This document shows positions 15,771-21,009 of a stretch of 32,000 bases of DNA, one piece after another (the stretch's first letter is position 1; each line of letters begins with the position of its first letter). Position numbers and translations under genes: made by a program. Origin of the DNA: an uncultured archaeon (GTDB lineage Archaea; Micrarchaeota; Micrarchaeia; Micrarchaeales; CABMGC01); assembly GCA_963704435.1 (NCBI GenBank), contig OY969902.1, positions 360,001 to 392,000 on the forward strand. The letters are read 5' to 3'. Below the pieces are notes generated by a model, which did no database searches, had not been told where the DNA came from, and saw nothing but the letters and a program-made list of their open reading frames with translations.

Positions 15771-15858
15771 TTAATCCTATTCTGCAAGGGATAAAAATAG
15801 CGCCGAAGCCCGAGAGGCCTAGGGCATAAGCCAGCGGAAAAGTAAGCTTGGACTTAAA

Positions 15859-16209
15859 CTAGGGGGCCCGTGGTTTCGCCCGTGTGGACTTGGAAGGGGT
15901 CGGACTTAGGGGAGCCCTGCTGTCGAGTATGTAGTTCTTCACGACCTTGACCACCTGGTCTATGGCCCGCTTGATGTCCGCCTCGGTCTTTGCGCCCGTG
16001 CAGATTATCTTTCCGTTCTTGAACAGAAGCAGCGCTACCTTCGGCTCCTTTATCTTGTATATCGCTCCAGGGAACTGCTCCGGCTCGTAGTCGACGTCAG
16101 GCGAGGCCTTCGCTATCTCGTACAGGTCGAGCTCCACGCCCAGGTCTGCGCTGGCTACTATGTTCTCTATTTTGAACTGCGGATGAAGCGTGACCTTTTT
16201 CTTTGCCAT
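15859..16209 (-). CDS. Single-repeat TBP-domain protein (half-size TATA-binding-protein homolog)
   Basis: KIENIVASADLGVELDLYEIAKASPDVDYEPEQFPGAIYKIKEPKVALLLFKNGKIICTGAKTEADIKRAIDQVVKVV matches one TBP repeat almost motif for motif. The ORF is only 116 aa and ends in a Pro/basic tail. No second repeat is found in any frame nearby. Confidence 0.8.
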   Translation of the reverse strand: MAKKKVTLHPQFKIENIVASADLGVELDLYEIAKASPDVDYEPEQFPGAIYKIKEPKVALLLFKNGKIICTGAKTEADIKRAIDQVVKVVKNYILDSRAPLSPTPSKSTRAKPRAP

Positions 16210-16293
16210 TCATATCCCTCGGGTGCTTTTAAATGGTGTGAAAGGTATTTATATATTCTTCGCAGTAGTAGTACTGCACTTTTGGTGTTTAGC

Positions 16294-16584
16294 ATGAGCG
16301 AGAGGTCGCACGGCCTGTTCTCCGGAAGGACAAGGCATCTGGCACGTCATCACAAGCCCGGCAGGCTGGGCATCAGCAAGCTGGCGAAGAACTTCAAGAT
16401 CGGAGACAGGGTCGTCGTTCTCCCGAAGGGCAACTTCAGGGACATACCCCACCCGAGGTACAGGGGAAGGGTCGGCGTCGTCACTGAGAAGAGGGGGGGT
16501 GCCTATGCCGTGGAACTTCGGCTCTCGAGGAAGACCACGAAGACGCTCATAGTGAACCAGAGGCACCTGGACAAGGCCCCGTAG
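16294..16584 (+). CDS. rpl21e: 50S ribosomal protein L21e
   Basis: MSERSHGLFSGRTRHL..FKIGDRVVVLPKGNF..PHPRYRGRVGVV.., 96 aa. The start is ATG-16294; the ORF-track extension from 16183 overlaps the divergent promoter. A T-run follows the stop. Confidence 0.92.
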   Translation: MSERSHGLFSGRTRHLARHHKPGRLGISKLAKNFKIGDRVVVLPKGNFRDIPHPRYRGRVGVVTEKRGGAYAVELRLSRKTTKTLIVNQRHLDKAP

Positions 16585-16710
16585 GATTCCGACTTCTTTT
16601 AATTTCCTAGAATGAGAAAAGTCACTTTCAAGGCTGACCTGTCCAAGACTATCTCAAGCACTTTTATGCCTTCTACGTAAGCAAAAACAACACCGACCAA
16701 AACAAGGCCA

Positions 16711-16744
16711 ATATTTATATAGATAGGTATACCTATGGTATACC
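16711..16744 (+). promoter_or_regulatory. TATA-like box plus tandem palindromic operator candidate upstream of the Doc gene
   Basis: ATATTTATAT at 16711-16720. The self-complementary 8-mer GGTATACC occurs at 16726-16733 and 16737-16744 (11-bp register), ending 1 nt before GTG-16746. Confidence 0.4.
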
Positions 16745-16745
16745 A

Positions 16746-17117
16746 GTGAACAACGTGAAACGATTAACGAAGGAAGAGATAGTTGAGATTAACAAGAGCA
16801 TAGGAGAGGGAGGGGTGGAGAAAAATAGCAATCTTCCTGGCATAATCTACGCGTTGGATGAGACTGCTAACGTGGAGGATTATGCGACGCTGCTCTTGAC
16901 TGAGCTAATAAATCTTCATCCTTTCTTGCAGGGCAACAAGAGGACCGCGTTTTATTCGCTTGTGATGTTCCTCCGGAAGAACGGATACGCGCTAAAGAAG
17001 GAGCATAAATATAACGACAAAATAGACAGGATACTGATAAGTGTGATACGAGGAAAATCAAAGAACCATACGAGGCAGTTGCTAAAAAAGATGATATATT
17101 ATGGAAAACCTAAATGA
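16746..17117 (+). CDS. Doc-family (Fic-fold) toxin
   Basis: Doc-type motif HPFLQGNKRTAF (HxFxxGNKR). 123 aa. AT-rich context. Confidence 0.8.
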   Translation: MNNVKRLTKEEIVEINKSIGEGGVEKNSNLPGIIYALDETANVEDYATLLLTELINLHPFLQGNKRTAFYSLVMFLRKNGYALKKEHKYNDKIDRILISVIRGKSKNHTRQLLKKMIYYGKPK

Positions 17118-17373
17118 GTTCAGACTAGAGCTTGATGAGGAGAGGAAAAGATGGGCCGACGTTGAATTGAGCCTCAAAAATGAGGAGCTTGGAGTCAGGC
17201 TTAGGGCGCAGAAAGTGACCACCATAAAGGTCCATGAAGTCACGAGGGAGATGATAGAAACTCGCAAGCTTTATCCCACTGAGACCTGTGAGGCGGTCAT
17301 CTGTCGCTTATTGAGCGGTTCCTCTTCCGCTACTCATACTTTGGAGAAGCTTAAAACAAGAGTGGGTGTTTAA
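17101..17373 (+). CDS. Putative cognate antitoxin (VapB/DUF217-like C-terminal motif)
   Basis: Overlaps the Doc gene by 17 nt. TTIKVHEVTREMIETRKLYPTETCEAVICRLL resembles the archaeal 'I.vsdev...L......eSfsdvI..LL' putative-antitoxin pattern. The N-terminal part is charged and helical. Confidence 0.45.
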   Translation: MENLNEFRLELDEERKRWADVELSLKNEELGVRLRAQKVTTIKVHEVTREMIETRKLYPTETCEAVICRLLSGSSSATHTLEKLKTRVGV

Positions 17374-17407
17374 CCCTGACATGTCCACCCTCTCAGGGAA
17401 CCGTTGA

Positions 17408-18022
17408 TTATTCGTATCTCGGTCTGGTGTAGACCGGCCTCGTGAGTATGTAGAACCTGCTCTCGCCCTTGAGCTCGGCTATGACCCTGTCCGTCAGCAG
17501 CTTCGCCGGGTCCTGCAGGAGCGGCACCCTCTTCGAGATGTCATCGAAGCTCTCGAACTTCGCCTCCTCCCTCGCCTTGATTATGGACATCAGGTGCTTC
17601 TTCCCGACGCCCGGAAGCAGCTCGAGCGCGTGCATCCTTATGTTGAGCGGGGACGCGTTGTTGAAGAAGTCGATGTACTTCTTCTCGTCGCGCTTGATTA
17701 TGTCGTATATCGCCTTGGGCAGCTCGCCCTTGGCCACCTCCGTAAGGTCCGCGTAGCCTATCCTCGACTTGATCAGCGAGACCTTGTCGCGGTCTCCCTT
17801 CCCCAGGTAGACGAGCTCGCCTATCTTCACGTCCGTCGACTTGGGCACCGCCTCCAGCAGCGTGAACCTGCTCTCGCCCAGCAGCTGCACCAGCGGCTCA
17901 GGGTTCGGCGAATAGGACTTCCCGGTGGGAAGGTAGTCGAGCACTACGGCGTGCTCCTCGAAGCTTTCATGAGCCTGCTCTTGCTGCATCCACATCCCCC
18001 ATTGCCCCCCGACGGCGTTCAC
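17408..18022 (-). CDS. DUF655-family protein (OB + helix-hairpin-helix, predicted nucleic-acid binding)
   Basis: HAVVLDYLPTGKS..., ..LELLPGVGKKHLMSIIKAREEAKFESFDDISKRV.. (HhH). The GTG start overlaps the rpo4 stop (GTGA). The exact start is uncertain. Confidence 0.85.
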   Translation of the reverse strand: MNAVGGQWGMWMQQEQAHESFEEHAVVLDYLPTGKSYSPNPEPLVQLLGESRFTLLEAVPKSTDVKIGELVYLGKGDRDKVSLIKSRIGYADLTEVAKGELPKAIYDIIKRDEKKYIDFFNNASPLNIRMHALELLPGVGKKHLMSIIKAREEAKFESFDDISKRVPLLQDPAKLLTDRVIAELKGESRFYILTRPVYTRPRYE

Positions 18023-18357
18023 TTACCCCTGTTGGCGTCGATGATCTCCATCATGGCCTTGATGTCGGCCTCCTCGAACGACTTCTTCTCCCTGACCAGT
18101 ATGTGCTTGAGCTGCGCGATGTCTATGGGCATTATGTCGGTCATCTTCACGGCCGTGTGCTCGCTGACGCCGATCGCCATGAGCGCGGTCCTGGCCTTCT
18201 TCGCGGCCTCTGAGCCTATGGCGGAGAACTTCTTGATGTGGTCGTAGGCGAGCTTCTGCTCGTAGCCGAGCTCCTCGTCCTTCTGCCTCTCCTCGAGTAT
18301 GTCGAGCGCATCGGTGAACGGCACAGGGCTCTTTCCCGACGCCGACTTTCCAATCAT
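18019..18357 (-). CDS. rpo4: DNA-directed RNA polymerase subunit Rpo4 (RpoF)
   Basis: MIGKSASGKSPVPFTDALDILEERQKDEELGYEQKLAYDHIKKFS... I prefer ATG-18357 (112 aa) because ATG-18390 lies inside the palindromic TATA-like GCTTTAAAGC/ATTTAAAG elements at 18372-18397. Confidence 0.85.
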   Translation of the reverse strand: MIGKSASGKSPVPFTDALDILEERQKDEELGYEQKLAYDHIKKFSAIGSEAAKKARTALMAIGVSEHTAVKMTDIMPIDIAQLKHILVREKKSFEEADIKAMMEIIDANRGK

Positions 18358-18448
18358 ATCTGCACCGATTGAACTTAGCTTTAAAGCCATTTAAAGCTTT
18401 TGCACGGCATGCCTGCCGAGTGGAATGATGCACGGCAAGCTTGCAGGG

Positions 18449-19390
18449 TCATGCCTTCGCGAGGAATTCCTTGACCTGCTTGTAATACTGCTTCAGGGCA
18501 AACTCCACCGGGGCCTTGACGTGGTCCTTCTCGACCGAATCAATGAGCGCTTCGAAATACTTCTCCTTCTCCAGGGATATGTTCAAGAGAGGGAAACCCT
18601 CGTCAAGCAGGGTCTTATTGAATATTAGCCTGCAGATCCTCTTGTTTCCATCAAGAAAAGGATGGATCTTGTACAGTTTGTAGTGCGCAATTGTGGCTTT
18701 TTCTATAGGATTTAAGCGGCTACGGCCATACCAGTCGATAAACTCGTCAAGCAGTTTACCCACCTTATCAGAGCCGGGAGGGCGATAGTTCAACTCAACG
18801 CTCACCTGCCCCTCCCCCGCCATCCTATGCAAGTACACTTGCCTATCCCTGATCCGTCCGGGATTCTTGGTCTCGAAGCTGGCCATGGTTATCTTATGCA
18901 GCCCGAGCAGGTACCTCATATCAAGCTTACGGGGCTGCCTTATCAATTCCACGGCATTGAGCATGTTCCTGCTTATCTGCTCTTTTTGGTTGAGATAGGA
19001 ACCCTTTTCCAAAGCGTTCTTCACGTCCGCCAGGCTAACGTCCACATCTTCCGTCGTGAGGGTCGTCAACGTGAACAAAACGGTGCTGTCGATGTCGAAG
19101 TTGCGCCTCTTCAGGTTAGTCAATTTCCCGTATTTCCTGTTGAACAGGTCCCGAAACAGCAGGGACCTTATGACCTCGCCATTCTCAATCAATTCCGCGG
19201 CATACTTTTTGCCCGAGAGCCTTACGACAATCTCTTCCTTGAAGCCGTTTTCGATCTTGACTAATTCCTTTTCAGTAGGCTTTCTGACCCCTATGTATTT
19301 GCTGAAACTCCTTGACTTGTCAATCAAGAAATAGCTAAGAAAGGAGTAGTAGTAATCATTTCCTCTGATCTTCTTTACGACGAGCGTCAT
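18449..19390 (-). CDS. Fic-domain protein (probable AMPylase/NMP-transferase)
   Basis: Fic motif HPFLDGNKRICR, 313 aa. Composition is more AT-rich than the flanking core genes. Confidence 0.85.
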   Translation of the reverse strand: MTLVVKKIRGNDYYYSFLSYFLIDKSRSFSKYIGVRKPTEKELVKIENGFKEEIVVRLSGKKYAAELIENGEVIRSLLFRDLFNRKYGKLTNLKRRNFDIDSTVLFTLTTLTTEDVDVSLADVKNALEKGSYLNQKEQISRNMLNAVELIRQPRKLDMRYLLGLHKITMASFETKNPGRIRDRQVYLHRMAGEGQVSVELNYRPPGSDKVGKLLDEFIDWYGRSRLNPIEKATIAHYKLYKIHPFLDGNKRICRLIFNKTLLDEGFPLLNISLEKEKYFEALIDSVEKDHVKAPVEFALKQYYKQVKEFLAKA

Positions 19391-19396
19391 GAATTA

Positions 19397-19483
19397 GTTA
19401 GGTAGATAAAACTATTTAAATCCATCTACCTAACCTCTGAATCAAATTAGGTAGATAGGATATATGAAAGTAATCTACCTAAC
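19397..19483. promoter_or_regulatory. Four copies of an 11-bp motif in alternating orientation, bracketing two TATA-like boxes
   Basis: GTTAGGTAGAT at 19397-19407. Its reverse complement at 19424-19434. aTTAGGTAGAT at 19446-19456. Reverse complement at 19473-19483. Both 16-nt spacers contain AT-rich boxes (TATTTAAA at 19413-19420; ATATAT at 19460-19465). The array lies between divergent Fic (-) and MoxR (+). Confidence 0.55.
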
Positions 19484-19531
19484 TGCAAAGGCGGTTGCGA
19501 TATAGTAACTGAAGGTTGTAATCGGCGTCAG

Positions 19532-20491
19532 GTGAAGGATTATAAGTCTGCGCATCATAAAGCAGGCAATCCAGGTGAGCACTTGAACGCTAGCGACTCC
19601 TACAAGCAGGTCCTTTCTGAGATGAAGAAGCACATCTCAGGGAAGGAGGAGACCATCGAGCTGATGTTCGTCGCGATACTCGCGAACGGCCACGCGCTGC
19701 TTGAGGGCGTGCCTGGAGTCGCGAAGACCACCATGACCAAGGCGCTGGCGAGCACCATCCAGGCGGATTTCAAGAGGATACAGGGCACGCCTGACCTAGG
19801 CCCGCGGGACATAGTCGGCTACACCTACGTGGACACGGACAACAGCGTCAAGTTCAGCAAGGGGCCTGTGTTCACCAACATACTGCTCGTCGACGAGCTG
19901 AACAGGGCCCCGCCCAAGACGATGAGCGCGCTGCTCGAGACCCTGGAGGAGAGGCAGGTCACTGCCGGGGGATCGGACATGAAGCTCCCGATGCCGTTCA
20001 TAACGTTCGCGACGCAGAACCCGCTGAGGATAGAGGGCACCGAGCAGATACCAAAGGTGCTGGCGGACAGGTTCATAATCAAGATAGACGTGGACTACCC
20101 GAGCATGAGGGAGGAGGAGGACATGCTCAGGATAAAGGAGAAGGAGGAGAACGTAGAGGTCAAGAAGATAATAGACACCAAGGCCATACTCGAGATGCAG
20201 GAGCAGGTCAAGGGAGTGGAGCTGCCGGACGACGTCGCGCAGTACATAACGAAGATAGTGGACGCCACGAGGAAGGACATGCACGCGGTCATGGGGGCGA
20301 GCCCCAGGGCGGACATAGCCTTCATGTGGTGCGGCAAGGCGAAGGCGCTCATCGAGGGCAGGTCCAGGGTCACCAGCGAGGACATAAAGTTCCTGGCGAG
20401 GCCGGTGCTGAGCCACAGGATAGCCGTCAGGGCGACCGGAGGCATAGGCGTGCACGGCATAATAGACGGGATAATAGCAACGCTCGGCTGA
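19532..20491 (+). CDS. MoxR-family AAA+ ATPase
   Basis: Walker A EGVPGVAKT, Walker B ILLVDELNRAPPKTMSALLE. 319 aa, typical of MoxR. GTG start; the N-terminal helix (VLSEMKKHISGKEETIE) requires a start upstream of ATG-19622. Confidence 0.9.
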   Translation: MKDYKSAHHKAGNPGEHLNASDSYKQVLSEMKKHISGKEETIELMFVAILANGHALLEGVPGVAKTTMTKALASTIQADFKRIQGTPDLGPRDIVGYTYVDTDNSVKFSKGPVFTNILLVDELNRAPPKTMSALLETLEERQVTAGGSDMKLPMPFITFATQNPLRIEGTEQIPKVLADRFIIKIDVDYPSMREEEDMLRIKEKEENVEVKKIIDTKAILEMQEQVKGVELPDDVAQYITKIVDATRKDMHAVMGASPRADIAFMWCGKAKALIEGRSRVTSEDIKFLARPVLSHRIAVRATGGIGVHGIIDGIIATLG

Positions 20492-20520
20492 GCCCCGAGC
20501 GCCTCGTTTTACAAAAAGGT

Positions 20521-20528
20521 ATTTAAAT
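20521..20528 (+). promoter_or_regulatory. TATA-like box upstream of the pilin-like gene
   Basis: ATTTAAAT is 33-40 nt upstream of ATG-20561 but only 12-19 nt upstream of ATG-20540. This argues for the downstream start. Confidence 0.4.
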
Positions 20529-20560
20529 GATGCTAGCATATGCTATACCAGGCCGGTTTT

Positions 20561-20929
20561 ATGAATTTTAGCAAACTCAGGTTGTTTGTTTACCTGCTGA
20601 CTACGGTCAGCATGTTCTCAATGGTACTCGGGCAGCCAGCGGTCACGGCGATATCGAGCACGCTCTGCGGGATAGTCGACGCCGTGAGGACCATAGTGGG
20701 CGCGCTGGCGCTGTGCCTGTTCCTGCTTGGCGGAGTCATGTACGCGGTATCGCACTTCCTTCCGACGAACCTCGAGTTCAAGAAGAGCCTCACGGCCTGG
20801 TCGACCGCGATGATAACAGGAGGCATAATCGGGCTGGTCATAGTCCTGATAGCGCAGCCTCTCATAACCACGATAACGGGATTGGGCAACTCGGTCAGCG
20901 GAACCACCCTCACCACAATCTCGTGCTGA
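20561..20929 (+). CDS. Small secreted two-helix membrane protein, VirB2/TrbC (CedA1/TedC)-like pilin candidate
   Basis: Signal peptide MNFSKLRLFVYLLTTVSMFSMVLGQPAVTA. Hydrophobic helix 1: LCGIVDAVRTIVGALALCLFLLGGVMYAV. Short polar loop: LPTNLEFKKS. Hydrophobic helix 2: WSTAMITGGIIGLVIVLIAQPLITTITGLG. This is the same order and approximate lengths as T-pilin/TrbC. The family call is by architecture only. Confidence 0.5.
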   Translation: MNFSKLRLFVYLLTTVSMFSMVLGQPAVTAISSTLCGIVDAVRTIVGALALCLFLLGGVMYAVSHFLPTNLEFKKSLTAWSTAMITGGIIGLVIVLIAQPLITTITGLGNSVSGTTLTTISC

Positions 20930-21009
20930 GACGGCGCTGCCCGCCTTAAACTGGAACCCCTAGCCTGCGGTTCGCCAAGTGTTAAATTGCTTTGGCGTCA
21001 TGAGTAACC

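Noticed and set aside
14126-15824. The imperfect 11-mers GAGGGCTAGGG / GAGGCCTAGGG flanking the AT-rich block, as possible att direct repeats.
   Set aside because: They are short, have one mismatch, and no integrase or tRNA target is present. They could easily arise by chance, so they are mentioned only as a caveat in the island finding.
18401-18437. Direct 9-mer TGCACGGCA occurring twice (18401-18409, 18429-18437) upstream of rpo4, and a TTGCACGG match at 4448-4455.
   Set aside because: Too short to separate from chance, and there is no positional logic relative to the TATA elements.
19532-20929. The MoxR ATPase as part of a canonical MoxR-DUF58-VWA (Bat-like) operon.
   Set aside because: The genes downstream show no DUF58 or von Willebrand A features. 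A functional link between MoxR and the membrane locus is possible but unsupported.
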